In this document: positions 10,770-23,139 of the stretch, one piece after another
Layout: every line of letters begins with the position of its first letter
Numbering within the stretch: the stretch's first letter is position 1
From: Naegleria gruberi
Lineage: Eukaryota
Strand: one strand, 5' to 3'
DNA: 64,000 nucleotides
NCBI GenBank assembly: GCA_000004985.1
Contig: GG738871.1
Program-made: the position numbers and the translations under genes
Notes under the pieces: generated by a model
What the model was told of the DNA's origin: nothing
What the model saw: the letters and a program-made list of their open reading frames with translations, nothing else
Database searches by the model: none

Positions 10770-13700
10770 TCAATAAAAGACAACGCCAACAACCAACACG
10801 GTTGATATAAGAGCTACATTGCTAAACAGTGATATTGCTGAGGATAGACGTTCAGATCTGGAAGGTTCTGAAAGAGATTTGAGCACTGGAGGAGGTACAG
10901 AACTTGAACTTTTAGGGCTTGCAGATGGTTTGATTCTTTCCTTAATTGAGAGTGGATTCATTGTTTCGAAAGTGGTTGAAATTTGAGTGGAATTGTAATG
11001 CAAAGTTGTTTTGGCTGTTAGTGAACCCTTAGGAATTGAAGAAGGAATATTAAATATCATCTTGGAAAGCAATTCATATTGGAATATTTGGGAGGAAATT
11101 GATTGACCATTCAATAAGAAATCAACATTAATGTCAATTGTCTTATTCTTATAAAAATCAATGAATTGAGAGTCTTGAATGTTGATGGTTAAAGTTGTGG
11201 AGATTTCTCCTACGAAATCATTGGTACTATTGAATGAAATGGTCACGTCTGATTGATTAAAATATCTAAATTGACATTGATTACCAATATAATTTGTTCT
11301 GCATTGACAAGTGTCATAATTAACGCAATCTCCATGTGAATTACACACATTGGAATGATCTACAGATGATAAACCAAAGCAATAGGTCAAATTACATGCC
11401 AACCCATACCATCTACTCTCATCAAGACATTTGCAATTATCAAATGATTGACAAGTTCCATTTCTAAAATTGCAAACTTGTGAGCTAGCTTGTTCTATTC
11501 CAAAACATGATGTGAATTGGCAATCTGATCCATAATAACCATGAACACAATCGCAGCTGTTCACATCTGTGCAATTTCCTTTCCCGCTACATACAGAACT
11601 GTCATTTTGCAATATTCCACTACATTTGACAAGCTCACAATTGCTTCCACCATATCCATCACTGCAAGAACAATAATTTACCGCATCACAAGAACCATGT
11701 GAGCTACAAACTGTTGTAGAATTAAAAGCTACATGATTACATTTCCAATATTGACATTTCTCTCCAAAATAATTCGAATCACAAATACAATTATCAGTTG
11801 ACAAGCAAATTCCATTTCCAGAACATGATCTATTATTCATTTTCTCAATTCCAAAGCATAGTGGATTCTTTGGCTTGCAATCATTAGGTGCATAGCAAAA
11901 TTGGTCTGTATCATTGCATGCATTCGATTCATTGGCAAGAATTCCAAAACAAATTGGAAATTGACAAGTCGTGGCAGGTCCATATCCAGCAGAACAATTA
12001 CAATTATTATACGAAGGGCAAGATCCATGTCCAAAGCAAACATTTGCATTATCTGAAGCTATGGAATTGCAAGTGGTCTTTTCACAATTGGCTCCAAAAT
12101 AATCAGTTGAGCATTTACAATTATTTGGAGTCAAGCATTGACCTTTTGAAGAGCAGACTTGAGTATCATTCGAATATTTTCCATGGCAAATAGGAATTTC
12201 ACATTTAGAACCTATCCATCCAGGGTTACATTGACATGAATCTGGAGAAATACATGTTCCATTTCCATTATTACAAATGGCATTAGTTTGATTCGTAAAA
12301 ATTCCAAAACATTGAATGAGTTCACATTCTGCACCTCCATACCCATTATTGCAGTGACAGGTATCTACATTTGAACATGTACCTCTTCCTTTACATACTG
12401 AACTTGTTTCATTTTGAAGAATTCCAAAACATTTGACAAGTTCACAATTTGATCCTCCATAGTTAGCTTCACATTCACATAAATTCAATGATTTACAAAT
12501 ACCCCTTTTAGAACAAACATGTGTAGTGTTTGTTGACATAATTCCTGCACATTTGAAAATCTGACAATCATTTCCTCCATAACTATTCGAATCATAACAT
12601 TGACAAGTGTCAGGTGATAGACAGTCACCTCTTCCTAAACACTGGCTAGAATTACCGGCTAGAATACCATTACACTTTGGGATTGAACAAAATCTTCCTC
12701 CCCAATGAGTTTCATCATTACATTTGCAAATGTCATCTGCCAAACAATTTCCTCTTCCATTACAAACATTTTCCATGGTCGACAAAGTGCCATTACACTT
12801 CAAGATTTGACAGTCATTACCACCAAATGCATACGTATCGAAACATTGACATTGATTTGGGGAAATGCATTGACCTCTGGAATTGCAAACTGTTGGATCT
12901 GATGCTGATGTCAAATTACATTTTGGAACGTCACATTTCAATCCATTCCATTGAGATTGATCTCTACAGACACATGTATCATGAGATACACAATCACCTC
13001 TTCCTGAACAAACACTGCTTGTTTGATTTGCTATTATTCCAAAACATACTGGAATTTCACATTTCTCACCAACATATCTTGACGTGTTGAAGCATTGACA
13101 GGTATTAAGTGCAATACAAGAGCCATTTCCTGAACAAACTGTTTCATCATTTGCTAAAGTACCATTACATTTTGGAATTTCACAATTTTCACCTCCATAA
13201 TTAGAATTACATTTACAATAATTGTAACGTTCACAAATTCCATTACCATTACATGCAGTAGATGAGTTTGAAAACTTTCCAAAACATGTTGTTACTGTAC
13301 ACTCAGGTCCATAATAATTTTCATTACACATGCATGTATTCACATCAACACATGTTCCATTTCCATGACATGCTAAAAAAGGATATTTGCTTTCAGATGA
13401 TTTCCCATAACATTCAGGAAGACATGTTCTTCCATCACCACTCAACACATAACCAACACCATCACAATATGGATAAACCTTCTTAATCAATCCAGCAACA
13501 TCATCAGCAATATAAATCTCATTCTTATTCTCCCTCACAAAAACATTAAAAGGAGAATCCAAGTAACAATTCACTGGATCAGAATTGTCTGGACATCCAC
13601 TCGAGGAATTTGTACTTCCAGCAATGATTTCCACTTGTCTATTTTGAATCTTTTTAACCTGCTTCAATCCAGGATCAGCAACAAACAATTCATCATGTGC

Positions 13701-14504
13701 TGTGTAATATAATCCCATTGGATTATTCCATGGAGTGGCTGTGAAATTTGCATCATTGAATGGTGGATACTCTGGATAAGGATTCCAATCTGGAGTGCTA
13801 GCACTGAATATGGTGTATGTTTCAGGAAGAACTAATCTCATAATTTTCCCATAATAAATATAGTAAATGTCACCTGTTAGTGGTGATGCAACTATTCCAC
13901 CATCGGTAGGTGATAAACCACAATTAGTGAACCAGTTAAATGAATTATAATTTGCCAAACTATAGTAACCCACGCAATTGTTACCAACATCCATGAAAAG
14001 CAACCAATTGTGAAATTTATCGATGGAAAGCATCTTTCCAAAGTACATGACATCTAGAGGATCCCCTTGTAATAGTTGTTTTTCCATAGTTGAGTGCTCT
14101 TATTTTCATACTAAAATATTCAGATAGGTAGACTTTCTCTTGTGCTTCATCAACAGCAATAAAAGGTTGATCTATAAATCTTTCGTTTCGACTAGTTTAG
14201 AATAGTTTACTTACTGCCAAGAGGAGCCATAAAAACGCTCAAAGTTCCATTAAAAACAGTTCTAATTAATTTAAATAATTAGTAAACTGTGAAAAATCAC
14301 TTACAATATCCTATTTTTGTAATAGTTGTTTTCATTGTTGTGTTCTGCAATGAACATGTCTCCATTGGCCAACACATGTACTGCTCGTGGCATGTTCAAC
14401 GAGCTGACAGCTGTCGTGATTTTGAACTTGACATTTAATGCACTGCACATGCCCAACAAAAGCACGAGGACAAATGCAAATAAAAACGTAAGGTTATTAT
14501 GCAT
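10770..14504 (-). CDS. Large secreted, GPI-like anchored protein. Signal peptide, NHL-repeat beta-propeller region, about 25 tandem tenascin-type EGF modules, then a Ser-rich stalk and a hydrophobic C-terminal tail.
   Basis: Exon 1 (14305..14504) encodes MHNNLTFLFAFVLVLLLGMCSALN (signal peptide) plus an NHL-like GDMFIAEHNNENNYY, and ends at a GTAAGT donor. The main exon (1105-aa ORF 10770..14087) has NHL-like repeats, then 31-aa C.G.C....C.C...Y.G..C modules. The C-terminus ...PSRSERLSSAISLFSNVALISTVLVVGVVFY looks like a GPI signal. The exact exon-2 acceptor is not resolved. Confidence 0.7.
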
Positions 14505-14736
14505 TTTTTTGTGGAGTCATGAAGATGCAACAACTATTTCACAAGTGCAAAAAAGAATGACATCTGAATGAATACTATCAATTTTAGAGAGTGAAAGTAA
14601 TGAACTAACGGTTCAATGTTCCATTTCAGACAATATTACAATAATATCACATATTATTCTCATGATTATTGGTTATACAATAGATTATGATTCAGCTTTG
14701 GATGAACTTTAAATTATACAATTAGATTAGATCTAA

Positions 14737-15198
14737 TTGGTTTGTTCCATTTGGATTTTGCATATTTTTCTATACGTTTACCAATTGAAATGTTACAAAT
14801 ATCACATACAACAAAACTTTTATCAATTAATAGAACATTATCAACAACACTTTCTTGTTATTAGTCAACATGTTACCACAGTGGAAGGACAGAAGAAGTT
14901 TTATGGTTTAGTTTATGTGGATTTTAATAAAAGGTATGTGTTGTATGATAATTTTCTATTATACGATAAACAGTTTAAGGTACCAATCTGCATGTTCACA
15001 AATCCCCCATTCACAAACCATGGCTGGTCAGGAATGCCGCAATCATCTATGAACGAGGAAACCTACAACGAAGCATGTTTCCAGTTCGATATCATGCTCA
15101 AGATATGTGACTACAGAGTCTTCATCTTGGTTAACCTCAAAGGTCAGATTGACTCAAAAAAGTCGAGTTTATGTAGTCCTACAGAAAAGATCCTGTAG
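14737..15198 (+). CDS. Hypothetical 153-aa ORF containing an NPPF motif (possible fragment of an N6 amino-methyltransferase-like protein)
   Basis: ...KVPICMFTNPPFTNHGWSG... resembles motif IV (NPPF/NPPY) of HemK/N6AMT-type methyltransferases. No GxGxG motif is found, and the assignment is speculative. Confidence 0.25.
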   Translation: MVCSIWILHIFLYVYQLKCYKYHIQQNFYQLIEHYQQHFLVISQHVTTVEGQKKFYGLVYVDFNKRYVLYDNFLLYDKQFKVPICMFTNPPFTNHGWSGMPQSSMNEETYNEACFQFDIMLKICDYRVFILVNLKGQIDSKKSSLCSPTEKIL

Positions 15199-15566
15199 AA
15201 GTACAGTCAATGGTTTTATCCAATTTGTTAGAGTGAGGGGATGATATTGGCTTGGAAAGTGTGTCGGGTGGTGAGGGAAAGTTATGGTTCAATTTATGAA
15301 GGTGAGAAAAATAGAGAAAAACTAAATTCAAGAAAAAGTTTGAGGTTTGAAGAAGGAGAATTTTAAGATTGAAGAAGGTGTGGTATTAGCTAATATTTGC
15401 CATGCATGCTAAGTTACATATAGATAATAGATTACACACAAATTTTACAAATATTGGGTTTGTAACAATTTAAAAGAGTTTATATGTATGAATCAAACTG
15501 TGAAGCAGGGGCTTATCAGCCGAATGAAATATGATAAATTTAGTGTATTTTCATTATGAATGTGAA

Positions 15567-15647
15567 GCAGGGGTTCCCGAGTGGTCAAAGGGGGTAGACT
15601 CAAGTTCTACTGCGCAAGCTTCGTGGGTTCAAATCTCACCTTCTGCA
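15567..15647 (+). tRNA. tRNA-Leu (anticodon CAA), type II with a long variable arm
   Basis: Hand-folded. Acceptor GCAGGGG/CTTCTGC with 2 G-T pairs. Anticodon stem GTAGA/TCTAC with loop CTCAAGT. T-arm GTGGG-TTCAAAT-CTCAC. Discriminator A. Followed by GCTTTT (Pol III terminator). Confidence 0.9.
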
Positions 15648-15906
15648 GCTTTTATTTCTTTTTCTTTTGCCTTAATGACTTTTCCTTATTTTTAAATTGA
15701 AAGATATTTCCCAATATGTCAAGTTCTTGATCTGAAAAAATTGTTTTCTTATCTCTTCTATTTAAAAAGATAATCAACAATGATGACCACTACCAATATT
15801 TCCTTTAAAAAATATGTGCTAAAATTCCATTTCGCTTGAAGTCAATCCATGATTGTCATGCACAAGATTTGAGAAAAAGGCAATTTATTACTAAATGTTA
15901 AAACTC

Positions 15907-18471
15907 TTATTGTTTAGGCATTGTATCACAGTAATCTGTATAGAGTGGTATGTCTTCCTTGAGGCCCTTTCTCTTTCTGATAGATTTGATGAGCTTGTGA
16001 ACTTTAGATTGAGGATCATAAACATTGTCTTCCATAACTTTCCAATGACTGAAACTACATTGAGGGAAAGCTTGTCCTTGAGTCACACCTCTCAACTCTT
16101 CTGTTAAACCGAAACTTTCCAGCACAGGTAAAGAACCTGTAATACTAACGAGAGGAGTACCAATTACCATTTCAGTAGATTTGATAACACCTCTCCTATT
16201 AGAAATGACACTATAGACAGAACCCATTACTGATTGAGGACATTGAACTTCAACAAGATACATTGGTTCAACTAACTTTGGATCAGCTCTCAATTGACTA
16301 GCAGTCATGACACGTGATGTTGCTTGGAGAATTTGACCAGCTCCACGATGGATAGAATCTGCATGAAGATTACAATCATTAAATTTGAATAATACACCTC
16401 TCATTGCTTCATCACACAAACCTCCCGAAGAACTGCTTTGTTGGAAACTAGTGACAACATATTGTTGAATTTCATTAATATAGTCAACTGATTTGGTTGC
16501 ATTAACCAAAATGTTGCTACCCTTGTCAGCTTCAGGCCCAAAGCTCCAAATTCTCTTTGTTATGCTAGGATCCCATTCAAAGTCAATTTCTAAAATCTTG
16601 GCTCTCTTATTTTGATCATCCATTGGCAATTGACCTTCCTTAATCATTTCAATTAATTCCTCACTGATTGGTTCAGCTTGCATGTATAAACGATTGTGAC
16701 CGTTAGCACTTCTGGCCATGACCATATCACCATTCTTATTTGAAACTGTTTCGTGGAAAGTGACAACAGGAGGAGATTTTTTAATTTGAATTCCTCTGGC
16801 ATATTCTTCTTCTAAATTCTTTAAACAAATTTCCAAATGCAATTCACCTGCTGTTCCTAGAATATGTTGACCACTATCATTTTGCTTACATTCCAATAGA
16901 GGATCACTTTGAACGAGACGTTTCAAACCTTCAACAAATCGAGATAAATCAGCTGGATTGGCTGGTTCAACTCCCATTTGAACTACAGGACTCACAGAGT
17001 ATTTCATATTCTTAATTGGCATACATGCAACTTGTCCTTCTTCTGTCAATGTACATGATTTGATAATGTACTTGTCAAGACCAACAATACCGACGATGGC
17101 ACCACAAGAAGCTTGAGTTATGCTTTCAGTATTTTTACCAACCATTACTAACAATCTTTGAATGCTTGTATGGAAAACATCTTTCTTAGCAATTGGATCA
17201 TAGTTAGGACCTAGAATTCTCACCTTAGTTGATTGAGTCAAACTACCAGAGAAAATACGGGCTAAAGCAATAAAACGACCAACATTATTACTCATACTAG
17301 AGCTAGTATTAGAGTGCATAGGTACCATCTTACTGACATAAACAACTAGTGGTGCATTCGGATCACATTCCTTAATACCAGTAGCGTATGGATCTGTCAA
17401 ATCTTCACCGGTGTAGAGATTATCATACCTTACCTTTTGAGCTTCCTTAGGAGAAGGTAAATGGTTGATAATCATTTGAACTAGAGGTTTGTGAGCTGGG
17501 AGGAACTTTCTCATGATTGATTTAGCTAAAAGTTTCGGCTCTTTTCTCTTTTCTTCTTTCGTCAGAGGTATAGACAATGCGCTGATGATATTTTCCAAAT
17601 CTGTTGACAAAATACCTTCACTAGAAATTTCATGTTCTCTAACCAACTTGAAAATCTTGAAAATAGGTTCTAAAATGAATTCACAGAAAGTGTGCTTCAA
17701 TTGTTCACCACTTGTCGATGAATAAGGTTCAGTGGTAAACTTCTTAGTTGAGTGATCATAATAATTTTCACCCCATAATTTGTTAATAACCTTCTCAACA
17801 GGAAGTTTAAACTTCTTGCTATATAATTGAGCGAATTGCTCCAAAGTGAAAGCCCAACCCATCTTACCTGATCCAAAAGCAATGTTACAGTCAACTGGAT
17901 CAACAGAAACTGACTCATCAGAGTAAGTTGATAATAGAGCATTCACAGACTCGATAATTCTTAAAAAGTTTTGATAACTTTCTTCTTCAGTAAATTGCAT
18001 TTCTTCAATCAAACGGTCAACCTTGTTAATGAAGAGAACAGGACGAATTCTTTCTTGAAGAGATTGTCTAATTACTGTTTCAGTTTGACCTCTACAACCT
18101 TCAGCAGCGTCAACAATCAACACTGCACCATCAGTAATTCTCAAAGCTGTACTAACTTCAGATGAGAAATCAATATGACCTGGACAATCGATCAAATTAA
18201 CCAAGTGGTGATCATTCTCCTTGTCTGGATTTTCTAATACCATACTCAAACTTGTTGATTTAATGGTAATACCCTTTTCAATTTCATTCTTATCTACGTC
18301 GCAAACTCTCTTCTCACCTGCAGCATCTTCATCCACTAAACCAGCTGCTAAAGCCAATTGATCAGTGAGTGTTGATTTACCATGATCAACGTGAGCAATA
18401 ATACTAATGTTACGAATCTTGTTACTGTCGAGTAAGAGCCTTTCGAGTATTTCTTTACTGAACTTGACCAT
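15907..18471 (-). CDS. Elongation factor 2 family GTPase. An eEF2 paralog with the diphthamide site conserved.
   Basis: 854 aa. G1 AHVDHGKST, DCPGH, NKVD. The diphthamide region is LHADSIHRGAGQ. It is collinear over its full length with eEF2, but by eye the identity to canonical eEF2 is only moderate. Confidence 0.88.
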   Translation of the reverse strand: MVKFSKEILERLLLDSNKIRNISIIAHVDHGKSTLTDQLALAAGLVDEDAAGEKRVCDVDKNEIEKGITIKSTSLSMVLENPDKENDHHLVNLIDCPGHIDFSSEVSTALRITDGAVLIVDAAEGCRGQTETVIRQSLQERIRPVLFINKVDRLIEEMQFTEEESYQNFLRIIESVNALLSTYSDESVSVDPVDCNIAFGSGKMGWAFTLEQFAQLYSKKFKLPVEKVINKLWGENYYDHSTKKFTTEPYSSTSGEQLKHTFCEFILEPIFKIFKLVREHEISSEGILSTDLENIISALSIPLTKEEKRKEPKLLAKSIMRKFLPAHKPLVQMIINHLPSPKEAQKVRYDNLYTGEDLTDPYATGIKECDPNAPLVVYVSKMVPMHSNTSSSMSNNVGRFIALARIFSGSLTQSTKVRILGPNYDPIAKKDVFHTSIQRLLVMVGKNTESITQASCGAIVGIVGLDKYIIKSCTLTEEGQVACMPIKNMKYSVSPVVQMGVEPANPADLSRFVEGLKRLVQSDPLLECKQNDSGQHILGTAGELHLEICLKNLEEEYARGIQIKKSPPVVTFHETVSNKNGDMVMARSANGHNRLYMQAEPISEELIEMIKEGQLPMDDQNKRAKILEIDFEWDPSITKRIWSFGPEADKGSNILVNATKSVDYINEIQQYVVTSFQQSSSSGGLCDEAMRGVLFKFNDCNLHADSIHRGAGQILQATSRVMTASQLRADPKLVEPMYLVEVQCPQSVMGSVYSVISNRRGVIKSTEMVIGTPLVSITGSLPVLESFGLTEELRGVTQGQAFPQCSFSHWKVMEDNVYDPQSKVHKLIKSIRKRKGLKEDIPLYTDYCDTMPKQ

Positions 18472-19058
18472 ATTTTAAATCTGTATTTGAATATTGTGCT
18501 GAATGAGCTGTTTGTTAATTTGTTTTTTTTGTTTGGTTTGATGGAGTGAGAATACCTTGAGAGCTGTTTAAATAGCTAAATTTGCTTGTTTTCAATTTGA
18601 ACCTCCACCACAGCTTCACTTTCAGACTTGTGTGTGTTTGAATTTGAACCTGATTCACTTACGAAAATGAACCTCTTCTTCAATTTCAAATATGCACATT
18701 CATTTTCATATTCTTGTGTGCTGTTGCTTTGTATAATTTAAAAATAGAGTGGTTCAAATTCGCAAATTCAAGTTAAAATTGATCATGATTGCAATATTAA
18801 TATTCTTCTTTTTTACAATTAATTAAATATTATTTAATTCTCCTCCGAATCAGAGCCAGAAAACGTTGCAATTTTTTAGTTTATTAATTTTTTCTCGAGA
18901 AGCGTGGTGGAAATTAAGCTTTGATCGGAATGACAACAAACTAACACCTTCATCAAAGCATGAATATTTATGATATTATTATTCGCAGTTAACTGCAATT
19001 TCAAAATCTCTGAGAATAAGAATCTCATCCACACCAATGAAACTAACGATTTAAAAAA

Positions 19059-19553
19059 ATGTCAAACTTTGTTGATCTGCCATCCGAGTTGCAAATTGAA
19101 ATATTTTCCATTCTCTCTGTTAAACATTTGAGAAATATTCTTTCAATTAACAAATCAATTCATGAGCAATTGATTCAATCAGAAACATTTTGGAGAACCT
19201 TGATCAAGAATTATTCGAAAGTGATCGGAGAAAGTGCTTATGGAGTTGAACAAGCATCACAAGAATTATTCGAAATTGAAAATGTCAAGAAACAGTTAAT
19301 TGAAATGATAGAAATAAAAAAGAGAAAAACTAAACAATTCCAACAGATGTCTATGGAATTAGAATACATGTTAAGAGAATTAGAAATGGTTCAGAGAGAA
19401 ATGAATGCACGAAATGAAAGTACTTTGCTATTGGGAGGAAACATCAGTGATCAATTCAAAAATCGAATTGAAAGTTTGAAGCAAAAAGGTGAAAGTGTGA
19501 AAAAGGAAAAGGAAGAAATTGCAGAAAAGTTAAAGAAAACGATTATTGATTAA
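19059..19553 (+). CDS. F-box protein with a C-terminal coiled coil
   Basis: LPSELQIEIFSILSVKHLRNILSINKSIHEQL is an F-box. The C-terminal half is K/E-rich heptad-like. Confidence 0.5.
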   Translation: MSNFVDLPSELQIEIFSILSVKHLRNILSINKSIHEQLIQSETFWRTLIKNYSKVIGESAYGVEQASQELFEIENVKKQLIEMIEIKKRKTKQFQQMSMELEYMLRELEMVQREMNARNESTLLLGGNISDQFKNRIESLKQKGESVKKEKEEIAEKLKKTIID

Positions 19554-19607
19554 ATCCAAGCTCTGCAAATAAAGAAATCTGTGAATAATATGGCAAACAA
19601 AACTATC

Positions 19608-19679
19608 CTCCCATGCCGGGAATTGAACCCGGACCTCCTGGGTGAAAGCCAGGTATCCTAGCCATTGGACTACACGGGA
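19608..19679 (-). tRNA. tRNA-Glu (anticodon TTC)
   Basis: The reverse complement reads TCCCGTG TA GTCC AATGGCTA GGAT A CCTGG CTTTCAC CCAGG AGGT CCGGG TTCAATT CCCGG CATGGGA G. All stems pair. It closely resembles eukaryotic tRNA-Glu. A T-run lies downstream on the minus strand. Confidence 0.9.
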
Positions 19680-20159
19680 ATATATTCAACAGGTAAATGT
19701 ACCCTTAATGGACTAAAAGGAAAATGCTGTGAGCAAAAAGATTGCTGCTCTACTTAGTTTTTTTTTCACTTAATGATTTAGACGGGAAGCCTGCCGGGAA
19801 TATGGCGACTGTCCCGCTACAGTCTTTGACTGTATGAACTGTGAGGTACGTCGTCTTTCGAGTCAGTAAGAGAGAGTGATTGGAGGAAGAGGCACTGAGT
19901 AAGTTTATTCATTGATTTTTAAATTGATCACCTAGATAAAAAGTATTTTGGTTAAAAAAATTCATAATTGCTTTGATCTCTATGTTTAACAAGTATTACA
20001 ATCGAATCTAAAGTTACAAGGAAAAGTTTCAGCCACGTTAAAACTCAACTGTTAAATTGATGAACATTGTCTAAACTTTATGAGATAGTCAACAATGAAA
20101 ATAAGCAATATTGGAATTCCACTGAAATGAAGATTATTTACATGTTAGTTTTTTAATAT

Positions 20160-20696
20160 TTACAATTTGTTGGATAACCAATCCAATCCCTCGAATAAAC
20201 CAGAACCATTCAAAGCACTACATGGCTGTATGTACCAATCTTGCTTGATTGAATTTAATTGTAGATTCTTTGCAATATCTGTGACATTAGCAGCTCTCGG
20301 TAAATCTTGCTTATTAGCCCACACCAATAACTTGGCATTTGACAATGATGGATCCTCCATCACTTTATGCAATGTTTCTGACACTTCTTCAAATCTCTCT
20401 CTATCATTCGAATCTACAATGAAAATCACAGCATCTGTTCCATTGTAATAGTGTCTCCACAAGGTTCTAATCATATCCTGACCACCAATGTCAAAAACTC
20501 TGAATTGAACTCTCTTGTATTGAATCACTTCGGCATTGAAACCAATGGTAGGTATAGTACTGACATTCTCATCTAATTGTATCTTGTACAGAGTTGAGGT
20601 TTTACCAGCTGCATCCAAACCTAGGAAGAGAATTTTGGCTTCCTTTTGTTCGAATAAGGACAAGCCCTTGATCATGTTAGAAAGTAATTGACCCAT
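20160..20696 (-). CDS. ARF/ARL-family small GTPase (ADP-ribosylation factor-like)
   Basis: 178 aa. MGQ (myristoylation Gly2), G1 [19 protein letters not shown] and the ARF interswitch. Single exon. Confidence 0.85.
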   Translation of the reverse strand: MGQLLSNMIKGLSLFEQKEAKILFLGLDAAGKTSTLYKIQLDENVSTIPTIGFNAEVIQYKRVQFRVFDIGGQDMIRTLWRHYYNGTDAVIFIVDSNDRERFEEVSETLHKVMEDPSLSNAKLLVWANKQDLPRAANVTDIAKNLQLNSIKQDWYIQPCSALNGSGLFEGLDWLSNKL

Positions 20697-21671
20697 TTTT
20701 GAATTAATTATTGAAGAATGATATAATTGAAGTTTTGTTGTTTTTTTTCAAATTGTTGTTGAGTAATTTTCAGTAATATTCTGCAGTTTTAAAGTGAAAT
20801 CCACGCAATTCTGTCGTCATCATTTTTTTGTAAACTTGAAAAATGTCGTCAGCAGCAGATAAATATAGATTGTCTTGTAAATTTACCATAGTAGTGTTTG
20901 GTGTAGTGACAAAGCTCAAAAAGCTATTGACTCGACAATCACGTGATTATGTGTTAATGTTTCAATTGAAAACATGAAAGAATAAAAGCAAAAGTTAATT
21001 TTGTAAAAAGACTACAGCACCACAGGTTCCCAAGTTGTCTCCAACCTCAGTACTGATGTGGCTCGACGATGTTTAACTTCTCAAATCGGACGGGATGAGG
21101 TGCATTCATCGTGATATGGCCGTAGCCATCAACAACCATAATTTCTGAAATATAAATCTACTACTAAAAGAAGCTCTACTGTGAATCACAAACATCAATT
21201 CCAATAGCTAATATATAAGGTGACTACCAAGAGTTTTTTGGAGTGTATCAATTTATTTCTCACTCCATTTAGACAAGTACTACAAGTCTTCATTGCATAA
21301 TTTAACTTTAATCAAATTATCATTCAATATCCTTTAGGCTTTAACCAATCTCCGGAGGTTCAATTCATTCAAATCTTCATCAATGTATTTGGTACCAATG
21401 ATGACAACAACTCAGTAATCATTATCTATGTCCGCAGAAAATAAATGGCTTACATCAGCCATGACTCTTATGTTGCGTTCTTGTTGTTCGCTCCTTCTTG
21501 CTGCGGTTCTCTTCCTGTGTGACTCAACAACGATAAATTGTAAATCGAAAAAGACTTTAAAAAAAAATCAAGCCTAGGAGAAGCTACTCACTTTCTATCA
21601 ACATAGCTTGTAAATTCACACACCCTCTGCTTGTCTGTTCAAACTAGTAATTTTCGTGCGATCAAATCGAA

Positions 21672-22977
21672 ATGCTGATTTATTTGATACTTCCTGTAGC
21701 CTTGGCTGCGGTTGTCTTTTTCTACTTGAATTCCAACTCTAAACGTATGTTTTTAATCTCATCGTAGAAGAGAAAAATTAATCTTTTTGTCATCAATAGA
21801 TCAAAATGTTGTTATCAAGTCTGATTTATTAACAACAAAACCTGTTGCTCCAAAGAAGAAGGATGATAAGAAAAAGGTTGCCAAAGTTGTTCTTGCTGAG
21901 GATGATATTGTTGAAGCATCAAATGCCGAAATGACTGAAATTGATGTTGCCGAAATGTATGGATTAAACAAGAAGAAGAAGAAGCCTGTTGTTGAAGTTA
22001 CCAAGAAGAAGCCTGCTGCCAAGAAGGATACCAAGAAGCAACAACAACAACAAGCTCAACCTGAAACCACTGAAGGTGCTGAAGGTTTTCTCCTTGTTAA
22101 AAAGCCAGAATTAACTGGTCGTAAGAAGGAAGACAAGCCAAAGAAGGTTGAAAAGCCAAAGAAGAAGGATGAAAACAAGTCCATCTTTAGAAAGCTTGTT
22201 ACTGACGATTCTGCTAAACCTGCTGGTGAAAAGAAGGAAGAAGTCGAAGCTGAACCACAAGAAGAAAAGAAGACTGAAAAGAAGGATAAGAAGTCTGAAA
22301 AGGTTGAAAAATCTGAAGATAAGAAATCCGAAAAGAAGTCAAAGGAAGAAAAGAGTGGTAAGGACAAGAAGAAGGCTGAAACAAGTGCATCAGTCGATGA
22401 AACTGAAAGCCCAGTCACTCCTGTTGTTGTTGAAGAAAAGAAACCAGAAAGAAAGCCAGTCACTGTTGTCAAGGATCCATATGAAACTGTTGATGATTTC
22501 TGGGGTGATAATGTTAAACAAGTTCAACCAAAGCCTCCAAGAGAACCAAGAGAAAATAAGGAAAAGAAGGAACCAAGAGAACCAAGAGAACCAAAAGAAA
22601 ATAAGGAACCAAGAGAACAAAAGGAACCAAAGGAAAAGAAGGCTAGAGAACCAAGAGAACAAAAGGAACAAAGAGAACCAAAGAAGAAGGATATTGTTTT
22701 GACAAAGGAAAAGAAGGAACCAAAGGAACAAAAGGCCTCAGTTAAGATCTTTAACCAAGTTGAATCTTCTGCCACATGGAACATTGCCTCTTCTGAATCT
22801 CCAGTTTCTGCACCAGAATCTGGAAATTCTGACTTCCCAAAGTTTGGTGAAAAGGTTAAGAAGGTTAAGCCTGCTAAACAACCTGTTGCTTCATCATCAA
22901 CTGATGTTGCCACTCCAACTGAAGTTGTTGAATCAACTCCAACTGAGGAAGTTAAATCAGAAGAAGAACAACAATAA
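21672..22977 (+). CDS. Lys/Glu/Pro-rich low-complexity protein with an N-terminal hydrophobic signal-anchor exon. Exons 21672..21744 and 21800..22977.
   Basis: Exon 1 reads MLIYLILPVALAAVVFFYLNSNSK, followed by a GTATGT...AG 55-nt intron in phase 1. The frame continues into the 396-aa ORF, which contains (EPREPKENK)-type repeats and KKxEK tracts. Confidence 0.5.
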
Positions 22978-23139
22978 GGAATTTTAGTTTAAAACTAAGC
23001 AATTTTTAATTTTTCACACCACATGTAAATTTATAAATTATATAAATAATTTTGTTAAATATTAAATAATAATAATTATTCAATTTATTTTAATATTTAC
23101 ACAACTGATTGATTGGCTATTAATAAATTGTAAGAAAAA

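Noticed and set aside
11837-13486. Plus-strand ORFs inside the minus-strand EGF gene: 11888..12193, 12677..13090, 12705..12902, 13262..13486. Also the minus-strand ORF 11837..12049.
   Set aside because: Same artefact as above. They are antisense or off-frame within the repeat array and have no start context or splice logic.
22056-22913. Four ORFs overlapping the K/E/P-rich gene in other frames: 22056..22472 (-), 22148..22702 (+), 22390..22731 (-) and 22524..22913 (-)
   Set aside because: They are low-complexity reading-frame echoes of the AAG/GAA-rich repeat (poly-F/S/L or poly-K/R translations).
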